Origin: Pseudothauera lacus
Lineage (GTDB): Bacteria > Pseudomonadota > Gammaproteobacteria > Burkholderiales > Rhodocyclaceae
Direction: 5' to 3'
NCBI RefSeq assembly: GCF_003034845.1
Contig: NZ_PZKC01000001.1
Span: forward strand, 267,473-331,472
DNA: 64,000 nt
The position numbers and the translations under genes were made by a program. Numbering within the stretch: position 1 is the first letter of the stretch; each line of letters begins with the position of its first letter. Shown here piece by piece: positions 28,896-39,838 of this stretch. The notes under the pieces were generated by a model that searched no databases, had not been told where the DNA came from, and was given only the letters and a program-made list of their open reading frames with translations.

Positions 28896-31115
28896 TCAGG
28901 ATGCTTCACCGCCAGGTGGACGGGCCTTGAAGGCCTGCAGGTAGTCGCCCATCTCCGCGGCCGGCAATGGGCGGCTGATCAGGTAACCCTGGATGGCATC
29001 GCAGCCGAAGCTGCGCAGCATGGCGGCCTGGCCGTCTTCCTCGACCCCCTCGGCAACCACCTCCAGCCCCAGCCCGTGTCCGAGGGCGATGACCGCCTTG
29101 ACGATGGAGGCGCTGCCGGTGCTGCTGAGCATGCCGCGGACGAAGGACATATCGACTTTCAGGCGGTCCACGTCGATCTGCTGCAGATAGGACAGCGAGG
29201 AGTAGCCGGTGCCGAAGTCGTCGATCGACAGCCCGATACCCTGCCCCTTGAGTTCGGCAAGCGCCTGCAGGGCCTGCGCGCGCTCGGCAAGCAGCACGCT
29301 CTCGGTGATCTCCACTTCAAGCAGCGTTGCCGGGATGCCGCTGGCCGTCAGCGCTGCGCCCACCGCGCTGGCGACCTGCCCGCGGCTGAACTGTACGGCG
29401 GAGACATTCACCGCCACCCGCGGCGCCTGCAAGCCGGCATCGAGCCAGGCGCGCACCTGCCGGCAGGCTTCGTGGATCACCCACTCGCCGAGCGGCACGA
29501 TGAGACCGCTGTCTTCGGCCAGTGGAATGAACTCCGCCGGAGAGACGCTGCCAAGCTGCGGGTGCTGCCAGCGCGCCAGTGCCTCCAGGCCGACCAGGGC
29601 ACCGCTGCAGAGGTCGACCTGGGGCTGGTAATGGAGGGCCAGCTGCCCCTCTGCCAGGGCCTCGCGCAGGCCCGCCTCCAGACGCAGGCGGCCGCGCGCA
29701 CGCGCGGTGATCTCCGGGGCAAAGAAGCGCAGACCGCCCCGCCCCTGGGCCTTGGCCTCGCGCAATGCCGCCTCGGCACTGCTCTGCAGGGTTTCGACGC
29801 TGCGCCCGTCGGCCGGATAGAGGGCCACGCCGACACTGGCGCCGACATACACCGTATGCCCGTCGATGGCGAAAGGTACCGCCAGCTCGTCGATCATGCG
29901 CTGCGCCAGCAGGTCCGGCGCCAGCCCCTCGCCGAGCTGGACGACGATGGCGAACTCGTCGCCGCCGATGCGGGCAATGGCGTCACCGTCGGGAACCAGC
30001 GCCTTCAGGCGCTTGCCGATCCCGCCAAGCAGGGTGTCTCCACAGCGATGGCCGAAGCTCTCGTTGATGGTCGTGAAGTTGTCCACATCCACGTACAGCA
30101 GCGCCAGCCCGCCACTGTCGTTGCGCTCGGCGAGCATCAGTTCGTGGGCGAGGATCTCGCCGAAGAGGACACGGTTGGGGAGGCCGGTAAGGGCGTCGCG
30201 ATAGGTCAGGAAGCGGTACTTCTCCTCGCTGACCTGCAGCATCGCGGTACGCTGGGCGAGCAGATCCTCAAGGAAGCGACGCAGGCGGGAAAGCTCCAGA
30301 TGGGTGCGGATGCGTGCCCGTACCTCATCGATGTCGAAGGGCTTGCTGATGAAGTCCGCCGCCCCCAGTTCAAAGCCGCGCACCTTGTCGGCCGGGGCGT
30401 CGATGACAGTGACGAAGAGCACCGGAATACGGTTGCCGCCCACCGTCTCCTTGATGCGGCGGCAGACTTCGTAGCCGTCCATCTCCGGCATCACCACGTC
30501 GAGGAGGACCAGATCCGGCGGCGTCTCACCATGAACGATCTCCAGCGCCCGCGCTCCGGAGCGCGCCACCATGATGCGGTACTCGTCCTTGAGTACCTCG
30601 ATCAGGCCATGGATGTTCTCGGGGACGTCGTCCACCACCAGCAGCGCCGGCGGCTCGCCCGGACGCAGGCGGGCGCTGACGTCGAGCAGCAGCGGATGGG
30701 AGCGGTAGCGGCGCAGCTCCAGCAGGTTGCGCATGCGCGCCTTGAGCAGGCCGGGATTGACCGGCTTGGTGATGTAGTCGGCAACGCCCAGCTGCAGACC
30801 GCGCGCCTCGTCGGCGGCATCGTCGAGGGCGGTGACGAAGATCACCGGGATGTCGGCGGTGGCCGCATCCACCTTCAGCGCCGAGAGCACCGAGTAGCCG
30901 TCCATGCCGGGCATGCGGATGTCGAGCAGGATGAGCTCGGGCGGCGGCACGCGGCGCGCCAGTTCCAGCGCCTTCTCGCCGCTGGTGGCGGCGGAGAGGG
31001 CGAACTCGTCGCCGAGGATGCCCTTCAGCGCATGCAGGTTCTCGGGCACGTCGTCGACGATCAGCACCCGCGGACGCTGGCCCCTGTCCTCCTGTTGTGC
31101 GTACTCGCTCATCAC
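28896..31115 (-). CDS. Response regulator with two REC domains plus GGDEF and EAL domains.
   Basis: Two (L/V)IVDD...D(I/V)(R/V)MP REC cores. [10 protein letters not shown] (GGDEF). EAL motifs ([15 protein letters not shown]). ATGA-coupled to the upstream hybrid kinase. Confidence 0.85.
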   Translation of the reverse strand: MMSEYAQQEDRGQRPRVLIVDDVPENLHALKGILGDEFALSAATSGEKALELARRVPPPELILLDIRMPGMDGYSVLSALKVDAATADIPVIFVTALDDAADEARGLQLGVADYITKPVNPGLLKARMRNLLELRRYRSHPLLLDVSARLRPGEPPALLVVDDVPENIHGLIEVLKDEYRIMVARSGARALEIVHGETPPDLVLLDVVMPEMDGYEVCRRIKETVGGNRIPVLFVTVIDAPADKVRGFELGAADFISKPFDIDEVRARIRTHLELSRLRRFLEDLLAQRTAMLQVSEEKYRFLTYRDALTGLPNRVLFGEILAHELMLAERNDSGGLALLYVDVDNFTTINESFGHRCGDTLLGGIGKRLKALVPDGDAIARIGGDEFAIVVQLGEGLAPDLLAQRMIDELAVPFAIDGHTVYVGASVGVALYPADGRSVETLQSSAEAALREAKAQGRGGLRFFAPEITARARGRLRLEAGLREALAEGQLALHYQPQVDLCSGALVGLEALARWQHPQLGSVSPAEFIPLAEDSGLIVPLGEWVIHEACRQVRAWLDAGLQAPRVAVNVSAVQFSRGQVASAVGAALTASGIPATLLEVEITESVLLAERAQALQALAELKGQGIGLSIDDFGTGYSSLSYLQQIDVDRLKVDMSFVRGMLSSTGSASIVKAVIALGHGLGLEVVAEGVEEDGQAAMLRSFGCDAIQGYLISRPLPAAEMGDYLQAFKARPPGGEAS

Positions 31116-34100
31116 TGTTGCTCGGCCACCGCCTTTTCCAGTTGATCGAGGATCGCCAGCGCGGTGTCGATCTCGAACACCTCGACATGCGCGGCGACCC
31201 GCTCCACCTTCTCTGCCAGTGGGCTGCCGGCCAGCGCCACCCGCACGCGCTCGAGCAGGCCCTCGGCAGCGCCCAGATCATATTGCAGGGACTCTGCGAG
31301 GCTGCGCAAGTCCGCGCGCAAGGTCGCTGCATCGACGGCCACGGGCGCCGCCTCGGGTGCCGCGGCGCGCATCCCGCCGAGCGCCTCGATGCCCCCGAGC
31401 AGTGCCGCCAGACGACTGTCGATATCGGCCAGCAAGGCCTCCGCGGGCAGGCGTCCGTGGCGCAACAGGGCGTCGACTTCGGCCAGGCGGTCGAACAGCT
31501 CGCGCGCGCCGATATTGCCGGCGACGCCTTTCAGCGCATGGCAGTATTCCTCTGCCGCCTGCGTGCTGCCGCTGGCGACGAGGCGGCGCAGTTCGGCCGC
31601 CGCGCCGCCGTAGTGCTCGGCAAAGCGGCGCAACTGGCGGCGGTAGGCGTCGACATTGCCACCGATGCGCCGCACCCCCTCGCCGGTATCGACACCGGCG
31701 AGCTGGCGCAGGTCATCAGGCAAGGGCGCCAGCACCTGGCGCGGAAGGTGCTGTGCCCCCCCGCCCTTGACCCAGCGCGCCAGTGCGGCGATCAGGCGGT
31801 CCGGGGCGACCGGCTTGGTGACGTGGTCGTTCATCCCTGCCGCCGCGCTGCTTTGCGCATCGCTGGCCATCGCCAGCGCGGTCATGGCGATGATCGGCAA
31901 GGTGGCGAGATGGCGCCCCTGTGGTTGCTGGCCAAGCGCGCGGATGCGGCGGGCGGCCTCCAGGCCATCCATCACCGGCATCTGGATGTCCATCAGCACC
32001 GCGTCGTAGGGCCGCTGGGTGACCATGGCAAGGGCCTCCTCGCCATTTGCGGCCTCCTCCACCTCGATGCCTTCACTGCGTAAGAGCTCGCAGGCAAACT
32101 CGCGGTTGATGGCGTTGTCCTCGACCAGCAGCACCCGCGTACCGGCCAGTTCGCCGCCGCCCAGAGTGGCCGGCACGGCCTTGCGGCGGGCGCCCTCGCT
32201 GCCGAGGATGCGCCCGCGGCCGAGTACCGACAGCAAGGTGTCGAGAATCGTCGACGGCGACACCGGCTTGACCAGGAAGCCATCCACACCGGCCTGGTCG
32301 GCGAGACGGATGACGTCCTCACGCCCATAGGCGGTAACCATGACGATGCGCGGCTTGATCGTCAGCGCTGCGTCGCCGCGGATGCGCCGGGCCACCTCGT
32401 CACCGTTCATGCCCGGCATCCGCCAGTCGAGCAGCACCAGATCCGGGCTTCCCGCGGGCGCCGCATGCAAGGCCGCGAGGGCATCGCTGCCGCTGGCCGC
32501 AGTGCTGACCTCGACATGGAAGTAACGCAGCATCTCGGCAAGGATCTCGCGCGCGGCCTCGTTGTCGTCGACCACCAGCACCCGCACCCCCTGCAGCAGC
32601 GGGCCGGCCTGCTCCACCAGCTGGCGCTGGCGGGCCTGCGCGTTGGCGGCAATGCGCAGCGGCACGGTACACCGCATGGTGGTACCCATGCCCGGTGCCG
32701 AGGTGGCGATCCACATCCGCCCGCCCATCAGTTCGACCAGATTGCGGCTGATCGACAATCCCAGGCCGGTGCCGCCGAAACGGCGGGTGGTGCTCTGATC
32801 GGCCTGGGTGAACTTCTCGAAGAGGTGCTGCTGGACCTCCTCGGACATGCCGATGCCGGTGTCGCGCACGCTCACCTCCAGCGTCATGCTCTCTTCGCCG
32901 ATGTCGATGCCCTGGAAGGACAGCTCCACCTCGCCGTGCTCGGTAAACTTCACTGCATTGCCGCACAGGTTCAGCAGCACCTGCCCGAGGCGCAGCGGAT
33001 CACCGATCAGGCGCGCCGGAATCGCCGCATCGTAGCGAATGAGGAACTCGACATCCTTGCGCTCGGCCTGGAAGCTCACCGCATCGGCAAGCTGTTCGAG
33101 CACCCCGTCGAGGCCGAACTCGACCGCCTCGATCTCCAGCTTGCCGGCCTCGATCTTCGACAGGTCGAGGATGTCGTTGATGATGCCGAGCAGCGCATGG
33201 GCAGCCCCCTGCGCCTTGGCGAGCTGGTTGTGCACGGCCGGCGGCAACTCGGTGCGCAGGGCCAGGTAGAGCATGCCGAGGATGGCATTCATCGGCGTGC
33301 GGATCTCGTGACTCATGTTGGCGAGGAAGTCGCTCTTTACCCGCGTCAGGCGTTCGGCCTCCTCCTTGGCGGCGAGCAGCTCGCCGGTGCGCGCAGCAAC
33401 CTGATGCTCGAGATTGGCGCGCTCGGCCTCCAGTTCGCGCGTGGTCGCCAGCAGCGCGGCGGTACGCTGGGCAACCACGCGCCGCAGCAGATACACCACC
33501 CCGCCGAGCAGCAGCAGCGAGGCCCCCAGCGCCGCCAGCGCGCGCCCCACCCAGGACGGCACCAGCACCTCCGGCGGCAGCGCCATGCTGCGCTTGAGGG
33601 CGTCGTAATAGAGGGAATCGGGATCATTGCGCCAGGCCGTGAGATGCCCGTCGATGCGCTTCAGCAGATCACCGTTGCGGCCGATGCCGGTGGCAAAGTA
33701 GAGGCTGCTGGGAAGAAACACCAGCGGCGTCTCCTGCAGGCGGTAGCGGCTGCCATTGTGGGCGGCGAAGAAGCTGTTGCTGACCACCGCGTCAGCCTCG
33801 CCTGCCACCACCGCCTCGTAGGCCTCGGTCAATGATTGCACCAGCACCGGGTGGTAACCGTAATCGCCCGATGCCATCAGCTGGGCGAAGAAGCGCTGCT
33901 GGACGCCGCCCTCCAGCATCGCCACACGGCGCCCGGCGAGATTGGCCAGCGCGGTGATGCGCAGATCCGGAGCGCTATAGACCTGCGACCAGCTGTTGGC
34001 CACCGAAACGGTATGGAAGTCGTAGCGCTGGCTGCGCTCGGCGGTGAAGGCGACATCCGGCATGAGGTCGAGGTGCGCCAGTTCGAGCTTTTCGAGACAC

Positions 34101-34351
34101 TCCGACCAGCGGCAGGGAACGTACTGCAGCCGCCAGCCTTCGAGACGGGCGATTTCTTCGAGCAGTTCGATGAAAAGACCGGCCGGACGACCGTCGGCGC
34201 GGGTATAGACCTTCGGGGCATTCTCATACAGGCCCACCAGCACCACCCGCTGCGCCTCCCCGGTGCCGGAATACGCCCGCCAGCCCAGCACTGCAGCCAG
34301 CGCCAGGGCGGCACTCAACAGGGCAAGAATCAACGGCCGCGCTAGCTGCAT
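31112..34351 (-). CDS. Hybrid sensor histidine kinase: periplasmic family-3 solute-binding domain, TM, HisKA, HATPase_c, two REC domains and a C-terminal HPt.
   Basis: H-box [10 protein letters not shown]-boxes. Two REC cores (VLVVDDN..., VLLVEDN...). C-terminal HALKG HPt motif. Start taken at the Met preceding the signal peptide. Confidence 0.85.
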   Translation of the reverse strand: MQLARPLILALLSAALALAAVLGWRAYSGTGEAQRVVLVGLYENAPKVYTRADGRPAGLFIELLEEIARLEGWRLQYVPCRWSECLEKLELAHLDLMPDVAFTAERSQRYDFHTVSVANSWSQVYSAPDLRITALANLAGRRVAMLEGGVQQRFFAQLMASGDYGYHPVLVQSLTEAYEAVVAGEADAVVSNSFFAAHNGSRYRLQETPLVFLPSSLYFATGIGRNGDLLKRIDGHLTAWRNDPDSLYYDALKRSMALPPEVLVPSWVGRALAALGASLLLLGGVVYLLRRVVAQRTAALLATTRELEAERANLEHQVAARTGELLAAKEEAERLTRVKSDFLANMSHEIRTPMNAILGMLYLALRTELPPAVHNQLAKAQGAAHALLGIINDILDLSKIEAGKLEIEAVEFGLDGVLEQLADAVSFQAERKDVEFLIRYDAAIPARLIGDPLRLGQVLLNLCGNAVKFTEHGEVELSFQGIDIGEESMTLEVSVRDTGIGMSEEVQQHLFEKFTQADQSTTRRFGGTGLGLSISRNLVELMGGRMWIATSAPGMGTTMRCTVPLRIAANAQARQRQLVEQAGPLLQGVRVLVVDDNEAAREILAEMLRYFHVEVSTAASGSDALAALHAAPAGSPDLVLLDWRMPGMNGDEVARRIRGDAALTIKPRIVMVTAYGREDVIRLADQAGVDGFLVKPVSPSTILDTLLSVLGRGRILGSEGARRKAVPATLGGGELAGTRVLLVEDNAINREFACELLRSEGIEVEEAANGEEALAMVTQRPYDAVLMDIQMPVMDGLEAARRIRALGQQPQGRHLATLPIIAMTALAMASDAQSSAAAGMNDHVTKPVAPDRLIAALARWVKGGGAQHLPRQVLAPLPDDLRQLAGVDTGEGVRRIGGNVDAYRRQLRRFAEHYGGAAAELRRLVASGSTQAAEEYCHALKGVAGNIGARELFDRLAEVDALLRHGRLPAEALLADIDSRLAALLGGIEALGGMRAAAPEAAPVAVDAATLRADLRSLAESLQYDLGAAEGLLERVRVALAGSPLAEKVERVAAHVEVFEIDTALAILDQLEKAVAEQQ

Positions 34352-34425
34352 GCGAAATCGCCCGACAAAGCGGCGCAATGCACCGGATAACGCATTTATA
34401 CTTTTTTTTGGCGACGCTCGCGACC

Positions 34426-34443
34426 CCAATGGCACGCCATTGG
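34426..34443. promoter_or_regulatory. Perfect 8-2-8 palindrome CCAATGGC-AC-GCCATTGG ~75 bp upstream of the hybrid kinase start.
   Basis: Read directly. Lies between the LysR gene 3' end and the HK operon start. A T8 run sits just upstream on the plus strand. Confidence 0.35.
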
Positions 34444-34456
34444 CAAGCTGCCCCGT

Positions 34457-35353
34457 TCAGCTCGGCGCGGCACTCTCGATCGACTCGGCCAGAAAGTCGA
34501 TCAGCACGCGGACGCGGTGGGGGATGTAGCGGTTGTCGGGAAGCAAGGCATGGATGCCCAGCGCCGGCGGCTCGAAGGCCTCCAGGAGGGTCACCAGCTC
34601 CCCACGGGCGTGGTAGTCGGCAACGATGAAATCAGGCAGCACGGCGATGCCCAGCCCGCGGGCGGCGGCCTCGGCGAGCGCGTCGCCGTTGTTGGCCAGC
34701 ATGCGCCAGGAAAAATGAAAGCGTTCGACGCGGCCATCGACGACAAAGGCCAGCGGGCGGTTGCCAGCCTTGGTCGAATAGCCCAGGCAGGCGTGGGCGG
34801 CGAGTTCGGCGGGATGGGCGGGCGTGCCGTGGGCGGCAAGGTAGGCCGGCGCGGCCACCGCCAGCAGACGGCAGCTGCCCAGCCTGCGGGCGACGTCGCC
34901 GGGCTGCAGCTGCGCGGCGATGCGCACGGTGAGATCCACTCCCTCGTCGATGAGATCGATCTGGCGGTCGGTGTAATCCACCGCCAGGGTGATCTCCGCA
35001 TGACGGCGCAGGAACTCCGGCAGCAGCGGGGCGATGCGTTTCAGGCCAAAGCTCAGCGGCAGGCCGATGCGCACGCTGCCGCGCGGGGTCAGGCGCTCCT
35101 CCATGACCTCGGCCTCGGCGGCGTCGACGAGGTCGAGGATGCTGCGGCATTTGCGCAGGTAGGCGCGTCCGGCCGAGGTCAGCGTCAGCCGGCGGGTGGT
35201 GCGCACGATCAACTTCACTCCCAGGTGGGCCTCCAGCGCGGCGATCTGGCGGGTCACCACCGAGCGCGCCACCCCGGTGTGGTTGGCAGCGGCAGCGAAA
35301 CTGCCCAGATCGGCCACGGCAACGAACAGGCTCATCGCGTCGAAGCGGTTCAT
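34457..35353 (-). CDS. LysR-family transcriptional regulator.
   Basis: N-terminal HTH (MNRFDAMSLFVAVADLGSFAAAA...) and LysR substrate-binding region. Divergent from the pirin gene. Confidence 0.85.
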   Translation of the reverse strand: MNRFDAMSLFVAVADLGSFAAAANHTGVARSVVTRQIAALEAHLGVKLIVRTTRRLTLTSAGRAYLRKCRSILDLVDAAEAEVMEERLTPRGSVRIGLPLSFGLKRIAPLLPEFLRRHAEITLAVDYTDRQIDLIDEGVDLTVRIAAQLQPGDVARRLGSCRLLAVAAPAYLAAHGTPAHPAELAAHACLGYSTKAGNRPLAFVVDGRVERFHFSWRMLANNGDALAEAAARGLGIAVLPDFIVADYHARGELVTLLEAFEPPALGIHALLPDNRYIPHRVRVLIDFLAESIESAAPS

Positions 35354-35407
35354 TGTTGCGTTTCCAGCAATGGTGAGTTCGCCATTGTGAGCTATTTCGC
35401 CATCAAT
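35352..35407. promoter_or_regulatory. Two ATTG...CAAT dyads in the LysR/pirin divergent intergenic region. They are putative LysR (T-N11-A-like) boxes.
   Basis: ATTGTTGCGTTTCCAGCAAT (35352-35371, contains TTGC-N7-GCAA) and ATTGTGAGCTATTTCGCCATCAAT (35384-35407). Confidence 0.35.
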
Positions 35408-35453
35408 CGAGTGCGTACAGTACGCCCATCGCCCGCCACTCAGGAGAACGGCC

Positions 35454-36191
35454 ATGACAGCACAACGCACCGAACTGCGCCCCGCCGCCGCGCGCGGCCA
35501 GGTCAGTCTCGGCTGGCTGCAGTCGCAGCACAGCTTTTCCTTCGGCCACTACTACGACCCCGAGCACGTCGGCTTTTCCGACCTGCTGGTGATCAATGAA
35601 GACTACATCCGCCCGGCACGCGGCTTCGACACCCACGGCCACCGCGACATGGAGATCTTCACCTACGTTCTCGACGGAGCCCTCGAACACCGCGACTCGA
35701 TGGGCAATGGTTCGGTGATCCGCCCCGGCGACGTACAGGTGATGAGTGCCGGCAGCGGCGTGCGCCACAGTGAATACAACGCCTCGCGCACGGAGCAGGT
35801 GCATCTGCTGCAGATCTGGATCGTGCCGGCACACAAGAACCTGACCCCGGGCTACCAGCAACGCCACTTCGACGCCGCCGCAAAGCGCGGCCGGCTGTGC
35901 CTGATCCTCGCCCCCGGCGGTGAACACGGCGCGCTCACCATCAACCAGGACGCCCGCGTGCATGCCGGCCTCTTCGACGGTGCCGAGCACCAGCGTTTCG
36001 AACTGGCAGGCAAGCGTTACGCCTACGTGCACCTCGCCCGCGGCACCCTGGTGGTCAACGGCCAGCGCCTGCACGCCGGCGATGCGCTGAAACTGCGCGA
36101 TCCCGGCAGCATTGAACTGAGCGACGGCGAAGATGCCGAAGTACTGCTCTTCGACCTGCGCCCCAACGAACTCGCCCACCTTTCCAGCTGA
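35454..36191 (+). CDS. Pirin family protein (YhhW-like quercetinase-type cupin).
   Basis: [13 protein letters not shown]..., [10 protein letters not shown] and RHSEYNAS are pirin signatures. Confidence 0.85.
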   Translation: MTAQRTELRPAAARGQVSLGWLQSQHSFSFGHYYDPEHVGFSDLLVINEDYIRPARGFDTHGHRDMEIFTYVLDGALEHRDSMGNGSVIRPGDVQVMSAGSGVRHSEYNASRTEQVHLLQIWIVPAHKNLTPGYQQRHFDAAAKRGRLCLILAPGGEHGALTINQDARVHAGLFDGAEHQRFELAGKRYAYVHLARGTLVVNGQRLHAGDALKLRDPGSIELSDGEDAEVLLFDLRPNELAHLSS

Positions 36192-36249
36192 GCGCAGGCC
36201 ACCGCCTGCGCGCAGCGCCACTGCCCTGCCCCCTGATGAGGAAACATCG

Positions 36250-36846
36250 ATGAAGATCCTGCAGATCAACGCCAGCGCCCGCCCCAGCGGCGCCAACTCC
36301 ACCCGCCTCGCCGACGCCGTCAGCGCGCGCCTGCTCGCCCTCCATCCCGGCGCCAGCATCGCGCGCCGCGACCTCGCCAGCGACCCGCATCCACCCCTTG
36401 ACGCCGCCGCCCTCGGCGCGCTGTTCACCCCCGCAGAGCAGCGCAGCGCCGAACAGGCCCGGCGCGTCGCCCTTGACGATGCGCTGATCGCCGAGGTGCA
36501 GGGCGCCGACGTCATTGTCCTCGGGGTGCCGATGTACAACTTCGGCGTTTCCGTGCAGCTCAAGGCCTGGCTCGACGCCATCGCGCGCGCCGGGGTCACC
36601 TTCCGCTACACCGAGAACGGCCCGGAAGGCCTGCTTGGCGGCAAGAAGGTCTATGCCGCGCTTGCCCGCGGCGGCATCTACCGCGACACGCCAGCCGATT
36701 CGCAGGTCCCCTACCTGAAGACCATTCTCGGCTTCCTGGGCTTGAGCGACATCGACTTCATCTACGCCGAGGGCCTCAACATGGGCGAAGCGCGCGCCGC
36801 CCAGGGCTTTGCCGAGGCCGAGGCGCAGATCGCCGCGATCGCCTGA
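36250..36846 (+). CDS. azoR: FMN-dependent NADH-azoreductase.
   Basis: [12 protein letters not shown]...[17 protein letters not shown] is a classical AzoR N-terminus. ~198 aa. Confidence 0.85.
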   Translation: MKILQINASARPSGANSTRLADAVSARLLALHPGASIARRDLASDPHPPLDAAALGALFTPAEQRSAEQARRVALDDALIAEVQGADVIVLGVPMYNFGVSVQLKAWLDAIARAGVTFRYTENGPEGLLGGKKVYAALARGGIYRDTPADSQVPYLKTILGFLGLSDIDFIYAEGLNMGEARAAQGFAEAEAQIAAIA

Positions 36847-36873
36847 GCACTGCCGCCCCGGCCCGCTGCACGC

Positions 36874-37632
36874 TCAGTGCGGGCGGCGGGCCTGCTGCCA
36901 GTTCATCACCACCCGCGCCGAGGTGGCCATCACCTCGTCGCGGCAGCTCGCCGGCAGCTCGCGCGCCAGCGCCGCAAACAGGGCCTCGGTGGCCTCGCGC
37001 GCCAACCCTTCGGCAGCCAGGCCGTGGGCCAGGCACTGGATCTGGATGTGGGCCAGCGCATCGGCCACCAGGCGCCAGCCGAGTTCGGGCATCTCGCGGG
37101 TCAGCGCCACCAGCATGCCACCCAGCTGGGCGGCCAGACGCAGGGCCTCGTCGCGCTCCTCGCTCGCCACCGCACCGTGCCAGAGAGCAAGGTGGATGGC
37201 ACGTCGCACGTCGACCTTGAAATCGATGGCATTGCCCTCGGCAGCACCGATGCTGGCGTAGTGGCGCTGCAGGCGGCTGTCGTCCGTGGCATCGAGACCG
37301 CCACGCAGCGTACCGAGCAGCGCACTCAGCGCCGGCAGGCCCTGCAGGCCGAAGGCCTGGCAGTAGGCCAGCCCCCACTGGTCGAGCCCGCTGAGCAGAA
37401 GCGCCAGACGCAGCACACGGCCATCGCCATCGTCCGCGGCCGCGGACCAGTTGCCGAGCGCGTTGCCGAGCTGTGCCACCCCTTCGCCGGCGGCGGCGTC
37501 ATCGCCATCGACGGTGAGGCGGAAGACCTGCGCAAAGGCGTCCTGCACCAGCAGTGCGGCACGGCGCTGGGTATCGGCATCGGCAAGGCCGGCGAGTGCA
37601 TCGGCGGGCAGCACCGCAGAGGACGAAGTCAT
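36874..37632 (-). CDS. Hypothetical protein (252 aa) downstream of, and in an operon with, the HD-GYP gene.
   Basis: High GC3 ORF. No recognisable motifs. Start taken at MTSSSAV. Confidence 0.45.
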   Translation of the reverse strand: MTSSSAVLPADALAGLADADTQRRAALLVQDAFAQVFRLTVDGDDAAAGEGVAQLGNALGNWSAAADDGDGRVLRLALLLSGLDQWGLAYCQAFGLQGLPALSALLGTLRGGLDATDDSRLQRHYASIGAAEGNAIDFKVDVRRAIHLALWHGAVASEERDEALRLAAQLGGMLVALTREMPELGWRLVADALAHIQIQCLAHGLAAEGLAREATEALFAALARELPASCRDEVMATSARVVMNWQQARRPH

Positions 37633-37713
37633 GGTCTGGAATCCGTGGCAAAGGGCGCCATTGTCGCCGCAGCCGCCGGCAGGTGCAAACCGCGCCGGCA
37701 GTACCGGCATGAA

Positions 37714-39063
37714 TCAGTGCGGTTGTTCCGGCAACTGCGCAAGGGCGCGCTCGAGGGCGGCAAAGCAGCGCTCGTCGATCGCCGTACCGACATGCTCGCG
37801 CATCATCGCCAGCGTCTTCGGCACCGGCGTGGCGCCGCGGTAGGGGCGCTCGGCGGTGATCGCATCGAAGATGTCGGCAACGGTGATGATGCGCGTCTCC
37901 AGGGCGATCTCGTCGGCCTTCAGGCCGCGCGGGTAGCCCCCGCCATCGAGGCGCTCGTGGTGGGCGGCGGAGACGCGAGCCAGTTCGGCAAAGGGCGCGA
38001 TGCGCGCGAGGATGGATTCGGTATACACCGCGTGCAGCTTGACCGCCTCCCACTCGTCGGCCTCGAGCTTGCCGGGCTTGTCCAGCACCATGTTGCTGAC
38101 CCCCAGCTTGCCGACGTCGTGCAGCAGCGCACCGCGCCGCAACCAGCGCCGCCGCGTCTCGGGGATGCCCAGCTCGCAGGCCACCAGCTCGGTGTACAGC
38201 GCCACCCGGGTGCTGTGGCCGGCGGTATAGGGGCTCTTGGCATCGACCACCTGACCGAAGGCGGCGGCGATCTCGTCCATGTAGTCGTCGTCGAGCGGCA
38301 CCTCGTAGCGCCCCGGTTCGAGCGCATACACGGCTTCGGCGATGTCGTCGGCAGCCAGCGTGGTCCAGAACCCGGGACGCCCGCTGACCCGCTCGAAGGC
38401 ATCCACCAGCAGCGGATCGAACCACCCCCCGCGCCGCCCGCGCACCTCCGCAAGCGCCGCCTGCGCGCCGCCGACGGAATGAAAGACATCGACGACCTGG
38501 GCAAGCAGCGCAATGCGCGCATAGACCGGAATGGCGTCGCCACTCAGACGCTCGGGGCGGCCGCTGCCGTCCCAGTGCTCGTCGAGCGCATGGATGCCAC
38601 GCGCGACGCCGTCGGGGAAACGCAGCTGGCGGGAAATTTCCGCGCCACGCTGGCAGCGCGTCTGGATAAGCTCCTGGGCGAGCTCGTCGCCATGGCGGAA
38701 GATGCGCAGCATGGCGCCGAAGCGCTCGGCAGTGCTGGCCTGCAGACCGGTGTGGTCGACGACGAAGCGCAGCACCTGGGCGAGCGAGCCATCGACGCTC
38801 TTGAAATCGCGCTTGAAACCACGGTCGTCGGTGAGATAGAGCTCACAGATGCGTGCGGCGTTGCTGCTGCAGCCGAGATCCTTGAGCAGCAGGGTGTAGT
38901 ACAGCTCCCACTGCGCATGCTCGGAAAGGCCGATCTCGCGCCCGAGCTGCATGCCCACCCAGCAGCAGCGCACGCAATGCCCCTCGGGCTGCCCTTCGGT
39001 AATGTCGAGGGCGTGGCTGAGCGCACTGATAAGCTCGGCCAGCTTCAGTCCTGCCAGTGCCAT
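37714..39063 (-). CDS. HD-GYP domain phosphodiesterase. Canonical C-terminal HD-GYP plus a degenerate N-terminal HD-like repeat.
   Basis: C-terminal ALLHDVGK and HHERLDGGGYPRGL. The N-terminal copy reads LLLKDLG, with the HD pair lost. Confidence 0.8.
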   Translation of the reverse strand: MALAGLKLAELISALSHALDITEGQPEGHCVRCCWVGMQLGREIGLSEHAQWELYYTLLLKDLGCSSNAARICELYLTDDRGFKRDFKSVDGSLAQVLRFVVDHTGLQASTAERFGAMLRIFRHGDELAQELIQTRCQRGAEISRQLRFPDGVARGIHALDEHWDGSGRPERLSGDAIPVYARIALLAQVVDVFHSVGGAQAALAEVRGRRGGWFDPLLVDAFERVSGRPGFWTTLAADDIAEAVYALEPGRYEVPLDDDYMDEIAAAFGQVVDAKSPYTAGHSTRVALYTELVACELGIPETRRRWLRRGALLHDVGKLGVSNMVLDKPGKLEADEWEAVKLHAVYTESILARIAPFAELARVSAAHHERLDGGGYPRGLKADEIALETRIITVADIFDAITAERPYRGATPVPKTLAMMREHVGTAIDERCFAALERALAQLPEQPH

Positions 39064-39127
39064 CGCGCCCTCCCCTGCGTTGTACGGCCAGCCATCATCC
39101 TGCCACCAACACCGCCGCCGCGCACGT

Positions 39128-39838
39128 TCAGGCGGGCAGCGCGGCCTCCGCATCGAGGGTACCGCCGTGCATGCGCAGGCGGCGCGCGCAGCGTGCCGCG
39201 AGAGCGTCGTCATGGGTGACGAGGATCAACGTGGTGCCGGCTTCGCGGTTGAGCTCGAAGATCAGCTCGATGATCGCCGCGCCGGTTGCGGCGTCGAGAT
39301 TGCCGGTCGGCTCGTCGGCGAGGAGCAACTGCGGCGAGGTCGCAAAGGCCCGCGCCAGCGCGACGCGCTGCTGTTCGCCGCCGGACAGATGCTTGGGGTA
39401 ATGGGTGGTGCGCCCGCCCAGACCGACGCGCTCCAGCCAGCGCATGGCGATCGCCCGCGCGTCGGCAACGGCAGCGAGCTCCAGCGGCAGCATGACGTTT
39501 TCCAGCGCGGTCAGCGCCGGCAGCAGCTGGAAGGACTGGAAGACGAAGCCCAGCGCCTCGCCGCGCAAGGCCGCGCGCGCATCCTCGTCGAGGGCGAAGA
39601 GATCGCGCCCGAGCAGGCGCACGCTGCCACTGCTGGGAACATCCAGGCCGGCGAGCAATCCCAGCAGGGTCGATTTGCCCGAACCGCTGGCCCCGACGAT
39701 GGCGACCGATTCGCCCGCGCCCACGGCAAAGCTGATCTCGCGCAGAATGTGCAACTCACCCCCGGCGCTGCTCACCGACTTGCCCAGCGCACTCACCTCA
39801 ATGACTGGAGAACCGCTTCCGATGCCGCTTCGATCCAT
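39128..39838 (-). CDS. ABC transporter ATP-binding protein, YbbA/LolD-like.
   Basis: Walker A GASGSGKST. ABC signature LSGGEQQRVALARA. Walker B LLLADEPTGNLD. Divergent from the tesA-like gene, as in E. coli tesA-ybbA. Confidence 0.85.
   Translation of the reverse strand: MDRSGIGSGSPVIEVSALGKSVSSAGGELHILREISFAVGAGESVAIVGASGSGKSTLLGLLAGLDVPSSGSVRLLGRDLFALDEDARAALRGEALGFVFQSFQLLPALTALENVMLPLELAAVADARAIAMRWLERVGLGGRTTHYPKHLSGGEQQRVALARAFATSPQLLLADEPTGNLDAATGAAIIELIFELNREAGTTLILVTHDDALAARCARRLRMHGGTLDAEAALPA

Noticed and set aside
36133-36846. N-terminal extension (39 codons) of the azoR ORF.
   Set aside because: The extension is Pro/Ser/Ala-rich with no RBS. The canonical AzoR N-terminus MKILQINAS starts at 36250.
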